A stretch of 63,300 nucleotides of DNA, filler included, from Chiloscyllium plagiosum (GCF_004010195.1; 3 parts of one record of this genome joined end to end with filler, not necessarily neighbours in it), one strand, 5' to 3'. Shown: positions 36,276 to 50,021, numbered from the whole stretch's first letter. Numbers and translations: made by a program. The notes: generated from the letters alone by a model not told the origin.

Positions 36276-39200
36276 GTAAGTCTGTTTCTGTGAAAAGGTT
36301 CCGACAGCGTGATCATTGTGGATCAGAGTTGGAATGATGAATTGGTGACGATCGGATGGTAAGTGGGAGTGTGGAATGGTGCAACTCACAACACAAACAC
36401 ATAGAGAGGGAGTCACTTGCGTTCATATACTGCCTTTCAAAACCTTCCCAAGGTGTTTTTATTGTTGCTTTGGATGTGATAACGCCGGGTATGATTAGCA
36501 TTGCCCTTGAACTAAGTGAACTAACTGGGAAGGAAGTTGTTAAATTTGAAAGGGTACAGGAGAGGATTGGAGGGTTTAAGAAACAGGGAGAGGCTGAATA
36601 GGCAGGGGCTGTTTTGTCTGGAGTGTCAGATGCTGAGGGGTGACCCTACAGAGGTTTATATAATCATGAAGGGCATGGATAAGGTGAATAACCAAGGTTT
36701 CCTTACCAGGGTGGGAGAATCGAGGACTAGGGGGCATAGGTTTAGGGTGAGAGGGGAAAGATATAAAAGGGACCTAAGGGGCAACTTTTTCACGCAGAGG
36801 GTCGTGTGTGTATGGAACGAGGTGCCAGAGGAAGTGGTGGAGGCTGGTACAATTACAATATTTAAAAAGCATCTGGATGGGTATATGAATAGGAAGGGTT
36901 TAGAGGGATATGGGCCAAGTGCTGGCAAATGGGACTAGAGTAATTTAGAATATCTAGTTGGCATGGACAGGTTGGATCAAAGGGTGTGGTTCCATGCTGT
37001 ACAGCTCTATGACTCTAAGCGGATTACTGTGCTGGTTCTTAGGAAAGACTTGATGTAGTTTTGTTTCGACCGCAGTGTGGACTCAGAGATCCATGTGCGA
37101 CAGTGGCTTCTGAAAGCCGAAACTGTTCCTTGACCCACTGACCCGCGCGTGCCATGTTTCCCAGCAGCTGCACAGCTTTGAGTGGATGTTGGTCAATGGG
37201 CAGTTCCGAGTCACCTGCATTGCTGTGAGTCTGGAGTCACAAGTAGGCCAGACCATTGAAGACATTCATGTACCAGCTGAGCCTTAGCAACAAGTGATTA
37301 TAGTTCCATGGTCACCATCACTGAGACTCGACTTCAGTTCCACGATCATGAGTTGCCTTTCAATTCCACCTGCTGCCGTGACGGGATTTGAACCCTTGTC
37401 CCCAGAACATGAGCCTGATGAAAGGCTCCGGCCCGAAACGTTGATTCTCCTGCTCCTCGGATGCTGCCTGACCTGCTGTGCTTTTCCAGCACCACTCAAA
37501 TCTAGAATCTGGTTTCCAGCATCTGCAGTCCTTGTTTTTACCTCTGGATCACTAGACCAGTGACATTGTCACTAGGCCACTCTTAAAGGCAAAGATGTAC
37601 TTTATAGTCAGTGATGTGCTTTTAAAGTGTAGTCGCTGTTTTAATGTTGTAAAGGTGTCAGCTACTTGCACACAGTCATCCCCAGAGGCTTCAGCGTCTG
37701 TGAGTGCAGAGCTACAGCAGTGTTAGCTGCCCTTTGTAAAATAGGGAGAAATGCAGCATTTCCAACAATGCTCATGATCCATTAATGAATTTTTTTAAAA
37801 AAATCAATTAAATAAATAATTGTAAGACACAAAGCCAGTATCGGTAATGACAACCAGTAAAAGTAGTCAATTGACGTAACAGGAGAAAGTGAGGGCTGCA
37901 GATGTTGGAGATCAGAGCTGAAAATGTGTTGCTGGAAAAGAGCAGCAGGTCAGGCAGCATCCAGGGAACAGGAGAATCGACGTTTCGGGCATGAGCCCTT
38001 CTTCAGGAAGGCTCCTGAAGAAAGGCTCATGCCCGAAACATCGATTCTCCTGCCAATTGACTTAACAACCCATCTCACTCACTAACATTCTTCAAGGAAG
38101 AAAATCAGCCATCTTTGTGCCATCCAGTTCCACATCAATGAACTGACTCTGAACTGACCTTCGAATTGGCCTCAGTTACATTCACTATCACCTACTCAAT
38201 GGCATTTCAGGATGGGCAATAAATGGTGGTCTTACCACCCCCCCCCCTCCCAAATGAGTAACATTTAAATTGTGAAGAAAACAATTATGGAGGTCTTTCT
38301 GAAATATCATTGACCTGCAGTACTGGACTGAATGTTGCAGGGTAAGGAGGTATCCTGCTTGCCTTCCCAGCCCAGACGGAATGTCAGGTGTGTATGTAAA
38401 ATAGGGTTACTCTGCACCAATCATGGAGGCAGCCTTCAGTACGCGTGAACAGTGCACACATTGGCAGGAGGATGTCCTGTTCTCAAGCTGCTGGCAAATC
38501 TGACTTGCAGTGTGACCAGAGCAGCAAACCCCGAATGGGCACTGCTGAGACTAGCCCCAGCCAGAGCATCTGGACCCAGTAAATCCTGGATTTTGGGCTG
38601 GAATTTGGACAAGTAAGGACCAGCTATGCTAAGGAGAATGGAGACGTGGTTGGTGGGGTGCAGCAGACAGGCTTGAAATTACAGATGGCAGGGTATCATC
38701 TTTGTAAGGATGAGGGAGAGGTGCCTCTAATGCACTCAATTTACCTTCGTTTAAAGAATTTGGTTAAAATGATGGACTACCTGCTCTCTTCTGCCTGCTA
38801 ACTCCAAACATATTATGTTGTGCAAAGTCAGAACTCATATGACACCAGTTTATATTCCAACAGGTTTATTCAAAAGGAGTTACTCTCTGAAAGCTTGTGA
38901 TTTCAAATGAACCTGTTGGACTATAACCTGGTGTCATGTGACTTCTGACCTGGTCCTTCCCATTCCAACACCAGCTCCTCCATATTACGTAGTGGGAAGG
39001 GCTCCTTTGGGGCAGTCTTATTGTCCCTACCTCTGAACCAGGGGACACAGGTTCAAGACCCAACTGCACCAGAAATGTATCTGAAACAAGTTGATTAAAA
39101 ACAGGAATAACTGAAGAAACTCAGTGGGTCTGGCAGCACTTGTGGAGAATTAACGCTTTGAGTTCCAATCACCCATTTTCTGTTTTTGATTATTTCAGAT

Positions 39201-39506
39201 CTCCAGTATCCGTGATCCTTTGTTCTGGTTTAGGATATGTACGGGGAATGGGCAGATGTGGATGAGAAGGCGATAGGCTGATATTATATGTCCTCCCTCC
39301 CAGACCCTGTCCTCCAGCACAGGGCTAAAAGATCCAACCCCCTAACTCTTGATTCCTTTTGCACCATGGAAATATTGCTTTCCTTCACTATTACTGGCTG
39401 CGTTGGTCACTGTGAGAATCGGCTGTTTACATCTGAGCAGTGGGGGGGTGGTATTGTCATTGCTGTTCTGACTGTGCTTCACCAGCCACCTTGTTCTTCC
39501 TTCCAG

Positions 39507-39584
39507 GCTCTGGGTGGCGTCTTCAAGGAGTTTATATTTGCTCCACGGTTGGATAATTTACACAGCTGTTACTGTGCCTTGCAG
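39507..39584 (+). CDS. DNPEP: DNPEP exon ([26 protein letters not shown])
   Basis: RLDNL metal-ligand motif; canonical splice sites. Confidence 0.95.
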
Positions 39585-40715
39585 GTAATGTGCATTAACC
39601 CACTTCAACACGTAGTCAAGAAAAAGGAACACATTGCCGGAATTCCTCTCCCTCCCTGTGCCCCGATTTGTCTCTCTTGTTTGTATTGCATCTTCAAACC
39701 AACTTCCAAGATTATCATTCCCAAATCGTCTTAGGTGGCTGAGTGACAAACCTACATTGGTAGCACCTGTCTAAAGGACTTGGACATATATAGCACAGTT
39801 AAAGTGGTAAAAGAAGTATATATTATTTTGCTAGCCACGCAGCATTCCAAATATCCAACTTGAAACATTAACAACGTACAGCTAATGGTGGTGTTCCTGT
39901 TGGTCCTTTATTCACGAGTTATTTAGACCACTTCTGCACTCTCCCACTCTGTTGCGTTCACTTTGGTTACTCGCTATGATTTGACCCTCGCCAGGAGGTG
40001 TTCACTCATCACCGGGCTCGCTAGCCACATTGTTTCCTAGTCCAACAGCACCTCGCTTTTAAATTTCTCGTCCTTGTTTTCAAATGCCCCTGTGGTTTTG
40101 CCCGTCGCTCTAAAATCTCATTCTGCCATTCCAACTCTCTGAGATTGTTGTGTTCCTCCAACTCTGGCATCTTGCATATCCCCCAGTGCCTTCAGCTCAC
40201 CAGTGCCTTCAGCTGCCTAGACCTTACGATCTGCAATTCCCTCTGTAAACCTCTCCACCTTCTTTAAATTAATCCTTAAAGCATACCTCTTTGACCAAGC
40301 TTTTGGTCACCCGGATTAATATCAGCACTGTGGCTTGTGCTGCATTTAGTTTTACAGTGCTCCCGTTCGTTCCTTTGGGATGCTGTTTTATATTAAAGGC
40401 ACTGCATAAGTGAGAATTAATTTGTTCCTGGAAATGCTCTCTTGTTTCTCAACATTGGTGTGAGACTGACTCAACCCCCTGCTTTTGTATCAGCCATGGT
40501 GAGATGGCCAGTGCTCTCACCTCAGTGTCAAAAGGTTATGGGTTCAGGTCTCCCACTGAGCTGTGCACAGCAGAAACACGAGTAAAAGTCCTGGCATGCT
40601 GTTCCACAACCTTCTAACTCAAGGGGACAAGTGCCAAACCAAAGTGGCATATATGGCTTTTCCATTCCTTGTTTTGGTGTCTCTGTGGTAAGACCCCTTT
40701 CTGCATCCTTTACAG

Positions 40716-40799
40716 GCCCTGATTGAATCATCCGAGGAGCAAGGCACACTGGCTGAGGACAGCAATATCCGAGTGGTTACGCTGTTTGACAATGAAGAG
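40716..40799 (+). CDS. DNPEP: DNPEP exon (ALIESSEEQGTLAEDSNIRVVTLFDNEE)
   Basis: Catalytic DNEE motif; canonical splice sites. Confidence 0.95.
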
Positions 40800-41664
40800 G
40801 TAGGTTCATTTGATATGATGGACATTGCGAAGATGTTTGTGCATAAGATCAGGACTAGTGTGAGACAGTAACAAATCCAATTGGAAATTCAGGAGAAATT
40901 TTGTTACTCAGAAAGTGATGAGAATGTGGAGCCCACTCCCACAGGGAGCAGTTGAAGCGAGTAACGTGGATGGAATTAAAGAGGAAACACATAATGGAGA
41001 AAGGATTAGAATGACAGGTTATACAATGAGATGGGAGAGTGGGAAGGAGCAGTTATATGAGTGCTTGCCAACTGGAGAAATGACCTGTTCCTGTGTGAGT
41101 GCTCTGTAAGACGGATGAAAGTCAAAAGGCCCACAGATATGACTTATGCAAACTTAATAAGTATATCCAAGTGTAGTCCACAAAGTATCAGTGGCATCTG
41201 TCTCGAGAGAGAGAGAGAGCGAGACCATTGATAACCGAGCTTTGGGGGTCCTATATCTATCGTACGGTAGAGTGAGGAGGCAGGGCCTCCTTAAACTACT
41301 GCAGCCAGTATGGGAGTTGAACCTGCACTGTTGGCATCTCTCTGTCTGAACCTCATGATAGTCATCTACCCTACTGAGCTCATACATACATAACTGGAGG
41401 AAGTTCATCTCAGAATATCATTTGTGATCTGTGGGGCTGCCTTCTCAGGTGGAGATGAGAATTACTTTAGGACGAGGCCAGTCGGGTTCTGTCTGATTTT
41501 GGAACTGATATTTATTTCATTCTTAACACTGAGAAGATCAGCGAACACGTTATCACATTCCCTGCATCTGATGAAATAAGGATAGATTTACAAATACGAC
41601 GGCCAATTTGCAGAACTGTTCTGAAGAAGGATCACAGAACCTGAAACGTTAACTCTGCTTGAGA

Positions 41665-43087
41665 ACACCGAACATAGAACAATACAGCGCAGAGCAGGCC
41701 CTTCGGCCCTCGTTGTTGCGCTGACCTGTGAACTAATCTAAGCCCATACCCCTACACTATCCCATCATCATCCATGTGCTTATCCAAGGATTGGTTAAAT
41801 CTCCCTAATGTGGTTGAGTTAATTACATTGGCAGGCAGGGCATTCCACATCCTTACCACTGTCTGTGTGAAGAGCCTGCCTCTGACATCTGTCTTAAATC
41901 TATCACCCCTCAATTTGTGGTTATGCCCCCTCGTACAAGCCGAGGATAAAGACTTTCACTGTCTACCCTATCTAATCCTCTGATCATCGTGTATGTCTCT
42001 ATTAAATCCCCTCTGACCCTTCTTCTTTCCAATGAGAACAGACCCAAGTCTCTTAGCCTTTCCTCATAAGACCTTCCCTCCAGACCAGGCAACATCCTGG
42101 TAAATCTCCTCTGCACCTTTTCCAATCCGTCCACATCCTTCCCGAAATATGGCGACCAGAACTGTACACAATATTCCAAGTGTGGCCGCATCAGCGTTTT
42201 GTATAGTTGCAGCATGACATTACGGCTCCGGAACTCAATCCCTCTACCAATGAAACCTAACACACCGTATGCCTTCTTAACAGCACGATCAACCTGGGTG
42301 GCAACTTTCAGGGATCTATGCACATGGACTCCAAGATCCCTCTGCACATCCACACTGCAAAGAATCTTTCCATTGACCCAGTACTCTGCCTTCCTGTTAT
42401 TCTTCCCAAAGTGAAGCACTCACACTTATCTGCATTGAACTTCATTTGCTATCTCTCAGCCCAATTCTGCAGTTTATCCAAGTCCTCCTGTCACATTCTT
42501 CCACACTGTCCACTAATCCACGACTTTAGTATCATCTGCAAACTTACTGACCCATCTACCTCTGCCTGTGTCTAAGTCATTTATAAAAATGACAAACAGC
42601 TGTGGTCCCAAAACAGATCCTTGTGGCACATCACTAATAACCGGACTCCGGGCGGAATATTTTCCATCAACCACCGCTCGCTGCCTTGTTTCCAAAAGCC
42701 AGTTTCTAATCCAAACTGCTAAATCACCCTCAATCCCATGTCTGTACATTTTCTCCAACAGCCTACTATGTGGAATCTTATCAAAGCTTTACTGAAGTCC
42801 GTGTACACCACGTCAACTGCCCTACCCTCATCTACATGCTTCATCACCTTCTCAAAACACTCGATGAGGTTTGTGAGACACGATCTGCCCTTGACGAAAC
42901 CATGTTGACTATCTCCCATCAAATTGTTGCTTGCTCGATGATTATAAATCCTATCACTTATAATCCTTTCCAAAACTTTTCCTACAACAGAAGTAAGGCT
43001 CACTGATCTATAATTACCTGCCCTTCTTGAACAAGGGCACAACATTTGCAATCCTCCAGTCCTCTGGTACTAAACCTGTAGACAATG
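41665..43087 (-). mobile_element. CR1 LINE RT fragment
   Basis: [29 protein letters not shown] and LEYCVQFWSP. Confidence 0.88.
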
Positions 43088-43232
43088 ACGACTTTCTCTC
43101 CACAGGTGCTGCCAGACCTGCCGGGTTTTTCCACCTATTTCTGTTTTTATTTCTACTTTCAGCGCCCATGGTTCTTTTTATTTCTAATCTTGTTCTTTCT
43201 CCCTCTGCCTTCTGCTTTGTGGTCGTTGAAAG

Positions 43233-43393
43233 GTGGGCAGCGAGAGTGCTCAGGGGGCAGGCTCCTCCTTGACGGAGTTAGTTCTACGTCGCCTGGCTTC
43301 CTGTTGCGACAACCCGACTGCGTTTGAAGAAGCCATTCCCAAGTCATTCATGATCAGCTCGGACATGGCGCACGCTGTACACCCCAACTACAC
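43233..43393 (+). CDS. DNPEP: DNPEP exon ([53 protein letters not shown])
   Basis: VGSESAQGA and [10 protein letters not shown] motifs; gtgagt donor; phase 0 to 2. Confidence 0.95.
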
Positions 43394-44627
43394 GTGAGTG
43401 CTTCCATTTCCAATTCTGCTTTTACAGAATGACATGGTGTTGCTAGTCAGATCATCCCTGGCTATTGTCTAGATCAGTAATGATGGAAATAATGTGCACT
43501 TAGCAATTAGTCAAGAAGCAGTCTAGGGCAGTGCTGCATTGGACTGTCATTTAAGACAGAAAGAACAATGTATTTTGTTTTTAGAATCCCCACACAGTGT
43601 GGAAACAGGCCATTCAGCCCAACGAGTCCACACCAACTGTCTGAAGGACTTTCCGCCCAGACCTATGCCCCTACCCTATGGCTGTAACCTGGCATTTCCC
43701 ATGGCTAACACACCTAACCTACACATTCCTGAACACTCTGGGTAATTCCCCACGGCCAATCCACCCTACCCTACAAGTCTTTGGACTGTGGGAGGAAAGC
43801 GGAGCACCCAGCAGAAGCTCGCACACAGGAGGAGAATGTGCAAACTCCACACAAATCAGTTGGCCAAGGCTGGAATTGAACCCAAGTCTCTGGCACTGTG
43901 AGGCAGCAGCGCTAACCACTGAGCCACCATGCCACCTGTTACCTGTAGGTTCTAACTTTTCTGCATGATTTGATGCAGCTTAGTATTTTGTCACAATGTT
44001 TCCAAAGATCAGGATTAGAGTGGTGCTGGAAAAGCAAGGCAGGTTAGGCAGCATGCAGCAGCATTGGATGTTGCCTGACCTGCTGTGCTTTTCCAGCACC
44101 ACTGTAACCTTGACTCTAATCTCCAGCATCTGGAGTACCCACTTCCACCTAGTTTTCAAACATCAGTTGAGTGCCATCCATGTTGCTGTGGATCTGCAAA
44201 TCTGAGCAGTTCAGACAAAGGCAAGACCATGAATATCCTTTGCATGCTCGAAAACTTCACATTCCACAACCGTTTTGGCTTGATTTGAGTTAGTGAGGAC
44301 TAGTCTTTATGAACTGATCAGAAGGAATATGTTTTGAATAAGCACAGGCCAGAGCCTGAAAGGATGGCAGATTTCCTTCTGGACCAGATGGGTTTCTATG
44401 ACAGTCTGATAGTTAAATTATTATAATTAATGAGAGTAATATTTTCTTTCAGTTTCTTTAATTGAATCAAAACTCCCCAGTGGCTAACATAAGGTTTGAA
44501 TATGCACCTCGAGATCATTAGTCCTCTGGGTTACCATTCCAGTAACGTAACTGCTGTGGTACTAGTTCTGTAGGTCAAAACTGGAAATCTGTTCCCAACA
44601 GCATTGTGAGAGTATCTTCATACATGG

Positions 44628-44826
44628 CTGAAAATGTGTTGCTGGAAAAGCGCAGCAGGTCAGGCAGCATCCAAGGAGCAGGAGAATCGACGTTTCGGGC
44701 ATGAGCCCTTCTTCAGGCTTATGCCCGAAACGTCGATTCTCCTGTTCCCTGGATGCTGCCTGACCTGCTGCGCTTTTCCAGCAACACATTTTCAGCTCTG
44801 ATCTCCAGCATCTGCAGCCCTCACTT
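44628..44826. mobile_element. Palindromic family A element with 15-bp TSD
   Basis: Inverted arms around a hammerhead core; TSD TATCTTCATACATGG at 44613-44627 and 44827-44841. Confidence 0.8.
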
Positions 44827-46559
44827 TATCTTCATACATGGGCACAGACAGCAATTGTTTAAGTGGTTCATCATCATCTCTCAAAGGCCATTAGGAATTG
44901 GCAATAAATGCTGCCCTAGCCAGCAACTACCAACATCCGAGAATGAATAATGAGCAAAGGTATAAAACAGAAGGTGCTGGGCAAACCCAGTAGGTCTGGC
45001 AGCATTCTGTATTGGGACACTGGTCTGATGTATCACTGAAGGAGAAACATACTGGACTTGAAATGTGAACCCTGTTTCTCTCTCCAGTGATGCTGCTAGA
45101 CCCACTGAGTTTCTCCAGTGCTTCTTGTTTCTATTTCAGCAAATCTTCAGTGTCTGCAGTATTTTGCTTTTATTATAACATTTCCGGCTTTGCTGGTTCC
45201 ACCAAATTGGATGGCAGTCTGAGCTGTGGGGAGGCTTCAGGCGGACCTGGACAGGCTAGGTGAATGGACCAGCAGAAGGAGCATAGATGCGAAGCTACTT
45301 ACTTCAAAACAGAAGGGCAGATTCTTTTTGTTTTAAATGTTGAAAGGTCAGGAAGTGCAGATTGCCAAAGGGATCAAGCTGTCCCTGTCCATGAGTCTCT
45401 GAACGCCAGCATGCGTCTGCAGCAAGCAATCAGAAAGGCAAATTGTTGACATTTTATTGTCAGCAAGAAGATGTTGGATTTCAAGGGGATTTGAATACAG
45501 AAATAAAGATTTCTTGCTGCAGTTGTATCAAGTCTTGATGAGGTTTCACCTGGTAGATTGTGATCAGCTTTAGTCACCTTAGAAGAGAGAGTGAGTAAAC
45601 CAGGTCTGTATTCTCTCGAGCTTTGACGACTGAAGGGTGAGCTCATTGAAGTTTACAGCACCCCTACAGGATATTGCAGGGTGAACTTGGTTGGCCAGTG
45701 ACTCTAGAACAAGGGGACACATTCTCAGGATGAGAGTCAAGCCGTTTAAGACTGAGAGAGTCATAAAGCTGTACAGCATGGAAGCAGACCTCTCGGTCCA
45801 ACTAATCCACGCTGACCGGATTTCCTCAATTCATCTCGTCTTATTTGTTAGGTTTGGCCCACGTCTTCAAAATGTATCAGGATCTTAGGAACGTCACTTA
45901 TGGTGATTCACTTGGTTAGCTGTTGTGGGATCTTGCTGTGCATCAGTTTATAATGGGCTTTTAAGTATGTTGATAGGGAAAAAAAACACTTTTTAACAGG
46001 GTTCATGAATCACTTATAATGCGGGTGAGCGTGTGGGGTGCAGGAGGGTATGGGGTTGGTCCTCAGGAACAGGATGAAAACCTCCAGCTTTGGGTGGCAC
46101 GGTGGCTCACTGCTGCCTTACAGTAACAGGGACCCAGGTTCGATTCCAGCCTCGGGCAGCTGTCTGTGTGGAGTTTGTACATTCTCCCCGTCTCTGCGTG
46201 GGTTTCCTCCAGGTGCTCTGGTTTCCTCCCACAATCCAAAAATGTGCAGGTTAGGTGAATTGGCCATGCTAAATTGTCCGTAGCGTTCAGGGATGTGTAG
46301 GTTAGGTGCATTAGTCAGGGGTAAATGGGGTTGGTCCTCAGGAACAGGATGAAAACCTCCAGCTTTGGGTGGCACGGTGGCTCAGTGGTTAGGATAGGGG
46401 AATGGATCTCTTCGAAGAATAGGTTCTGGAGTAGAGTTGTTTTTTACCTTCGGAGAATAGGTATGGACTGAAGAGCCTGTTTCCACACTGTAGGGATTCT
46501 GTGATTCTAAACAAGTCCCAGATTGAGTGAAATTGACCTTGTGTTTTGAATACTTTCAG

Positions 46560-46599
46560 AGACAAGCATGAGGAAAATCACAGGCCAGCCCTTCACAAG
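46560..46599 (+). CDS. DNPEP: DNPEP 40-bp exon (DKHEENHRPALHK)
   Basis: KHEENHRP motif; tttcag and gtgag boundaries; phase 2 to 0. Confidence 0.93.
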
Positions 46600-47245
46600 G
46601 TGAGCTTTACCGACCCGTGTCAAACCCTGTAAGAGTGAGCCTCTGGGTCGTCCTGTCAAATTAACGGGTCAAGTTGTATCTTTTATTTTTACAAATCAAG
46701 TGTATTGCTTCTCTTGTCTTTCACTGAGTTCTCTATTTCTGTCAAACCTGATCCCCTCCATTCCCTGCTTCCCCAGCTGTTGTAGCCAATGTTAAAGATC
46801 TCATGGCACTTTTAAATAGAGGTGAGGGCCCTCTCTTGCCCTGACCAAGATTTATTCCTTTAGCAATGCAGCGAGACAGGGATGCAACAAAGTAAGAGGC
46901 CACTCTGCCCATCATACCTGCACTAGCTCTTTGAAAGAACTGTCCAATAAGTCCCGCTCCCTTGATCAACTGCGTGTAACCCTGCAATTTTTTTTTTCCT
47001 TTTCAAATATCTAACCAATTTCCTTTGTAGGTCATTGTTTATGGATACTCCCACCATCCTTTCATACAATGCCTGCTGTATTTCAGCCTGTAATTTTCTT
47101 ATTACCCCTTCAGTTACCCCTGACACTTCCAGAGCTGCTGCTAGTTTGTTGCCTTGATGTTTGTGGAGTTGAAACACAGCTCCAGGAACAATTACATCGT
47201 TCTCTGTACAGCCTCTCGTCGAGCATTGGCTATGAATCTCTGACT

Positions 47246-47342
47246 GGAGATTCCTGAAGAAGGGCTAATGCCCGAAACGTCGATTCTCCTGTTCCCTAGA
47301 TGCTGCCTGACCTGCTTCGCTTTTCCAGCAACACATTTCCAT
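47246..47342 (+). mobile_element. Short hammerhead-core insertion (family A) with 16-bp TSD
   Basis: GGAGATTC-CTGAAGA-A-GGGCTAATGCCC-GAAAC-GTC-GATTCTCC; TSD CTATGAATCTCTGACT at 47230-47245 and 47343-47358. Confidence 0.78.
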
Positions 47343-49439
47343 CTATGAATCTCTGACTACAATTTGACAACTCCACGGTCAATCTGAGTGACACTAGTTT
47401 GGTGTTTGCTCAGTTGTCTTTTGAGGTTGGATCCAGAGCCTGAAATACAGTCAGAGGATTTAAGGTGGCATTCTCACAATTCTAGATTACCCAAACAATG
47501 ATCACCTCAATGTCCTACTCAGAGCTCCTGGAACCAGACGCAATGTCCGTGGGGCTTGGACTTCTCTCCTTGTTTTTGCAGATGTTTTAAAAGCTGAAAG
47601 AAATGAACCAGCAGCTGTCATAGAGATATACAGTACAGAAACAGGCACTTTGGTCCCACCCGTCCATGCTGTTGTGGGATTTGTACTCATGGTCTCTGGA
47701 TTATTTGTCCAATAACTGCTACACCACTGTTACAGAAGCAGTATTGGATGAGACACCTTGAGAAAACATACTTCACTGAGTGGTGTCATGAGATCTTTAA
47801 CATTGATCAGACAAAATGGACCTAAGTCCCATTTCTCACACTACAAGCTGGGTGAAGCCATTGGACTTTTAAATACCTGCATTGACATGAAGATGAATAA
47901 AATTCCATATTTATTATGTTGAACTTCAGAGCTGTACTGAAAGTTCATAGGGCGCACACCCCCACGCCCCGCCTGCACCACACCCCACCCACACCACACG
48001 ACCCACACCATGCCCCACTGACGGCCACGCCACACCAAGCCCCCCGCAATCCACACCTGCAGCCACATACCACTACCCTCCCCAGCAAGGTCCCAAATAC
48101 CAAGTCCCCCCATGCNNNNNNNNNNNNNNNNNNNNNNNNNNNNNNNNNNNNNNNNNNNNNNNNNNNNNNNNNNNNNNNNNNNNNNNNNNCCACACACTAC
48201 AGCTACCCCCCACATCAAGCCCTCCCATGTCACGCCTACACCTACACACCACAGCCCCACCCCACACTAAGCCCTCCCAACACCAAGCCCACACCATGCC
48301 CCCCACAAACTACACAAACACACGTACAGAATTCCATTCCATTAAGCACTAACCCATGTTCAGTACTTGCTGAAATTAGCCTGTTGAATGTTTTTATGTG
48401 GTATCTATAGCGTAGTAATTCCTAAAGATGCATCACAGCGATATTTGGGATGTTAGAAACAATAAGAGGCTGTTCAGCCCTTTGAGTCTGCTCCACCATT
48501 CTGTGCAATTATGCTGAATGTTTATCTGTGCTGTCCCCATTTCCCTTGATGTTATTAGTATCTATAAGTCTTTGGTTTTCCGTATTTGGCTTGTTCAGTG
48601 ACTGCTCTCTGGTGCAGAGAATTTCTCAGAATTACCACCCAGTCTAAGTGTGGAAATGCCTGCTCAGCTCCGTCTCCAAATAAGGGGCCGGCCACATAAG
48701 GCTATGTCCCCTAGTCCTAGTCACATGGTTTTAGCAATATCAATAAAATATGACTTGGCCACTTCCAGAGATACTGCGGGGGGGAAGATAAACAAAAGTT
48801 TTCGAAAAGCGAGAGGTTTGAAAGAGGACCTTAAAGGTGAAGAGAGAGCTGGTGAGCTGTAAGGAGGGAATTCCAGAGGTTAGGGCCCTTTCAGTCATAC
48901 AGCACCGAAACAGACCCTTCGGGGGTCCAACCAGTCCATGCTGACCAAACTAAAATGGCCAGCACTTGGCCCAAACCTTTCTAATTCGTAAATTTATTGA
49001 AATGACTTTTAATAAAAGTACCCGCATCGACCACTTCCTCTGGCAGTTCATTCCACATACAACCACTCTCTGCATGAAAAAGTCGCCTCTTAGGTCATTT
49101 TTAAATCTTTCTCCCCTCACCTTAAAAATATGCCTCCTCGTTTTGAACTCCTCCACCCGAGGGAAAAGAGCCTTCTCATTCATTTTATCCCGTGCCCCTC
49201 ATGGTTTTATAAACATCAGTAAGGCCAGCCCCCTTAAGTGAATGGTTGTCAGTAATGAAATGATTAAAGATTGGGGATACTGATGAGACCAGGCCATGGA
49301 CTCTTGTACGGCTGGAGAGATTTATAAAACGGGAATGTGGCAGGTTGTGCTCTGTGCTGGGGCCAATGGACTGGTCAGCCCTTGCATTTTGCTGCTTTCA
49401 TGAGATGCACTAACGATGCTCCTTTTTATCGCCATCCAG

Positions 49440-49541
49440 GGGCCAGTGCTTAAATTTAACAGTAACCAGCGATACGCCTCAAATGCTGTCACTGCCGCCA
49501 TAGTGCGAGAGATTGCTAACCGTGTGGATGTCCCACTCCAG
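49440..49541 (+). CDS. DNPEP: DNPEP exon (GPVLKFNSNQRYASNAVTAAIVREIANRVDVPLQ)
   Basis: GPVxKxNxxQRYASN motif; canonical splice sites. Confidence 0.95.
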
Positions 49542-50021
49542 GTAAGACTGCTCCCCAACTCTTCCCACACCTACCCTCCAATTTCCTGGCTGAGGTCTGA
49601 CAGACAGTGAAAGATGTTGTGGAAATTTGAAATTCATTCCCCATAAAACTAGGGATGCTGGAGCGAGATGGGAAGTAATTAAACTGTTCATATTGAAAAC
49701 AGTGGGTGTTTTTTTTGACTGAGGGAAGTGGAACCAATCAACATCCTGAGCATGACCATCAACGAAAAACTTCATGGAATTGACCACATCAATACTTTAA
49801 CTACAGAATCAGTTCAGAGGCGAGGCGTTCTGTCTTGAGTAGCTTGCCTTCTAAATCCGTGTTGTGATGCCTTTTGTAATTTTTCCTTCGGGGTTGGGGG
49901 GGGGGTGCCTGTGCCATGGGCTTTCAGTTCTATCAGGTTGGCATTTTTTTTTCCTTTTGAAGGCTCAAAAGCTCTTTTTTTTGCTGTGGGTCATTTCTAA
50001 GAAATCTGAGCTACATGAAGA

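Noticed and set aside
47950..48330. Pro/His/Thr-rich ORF
   Set aside because: Low-complexity C/A-rich intronic sequence with an internal gap.
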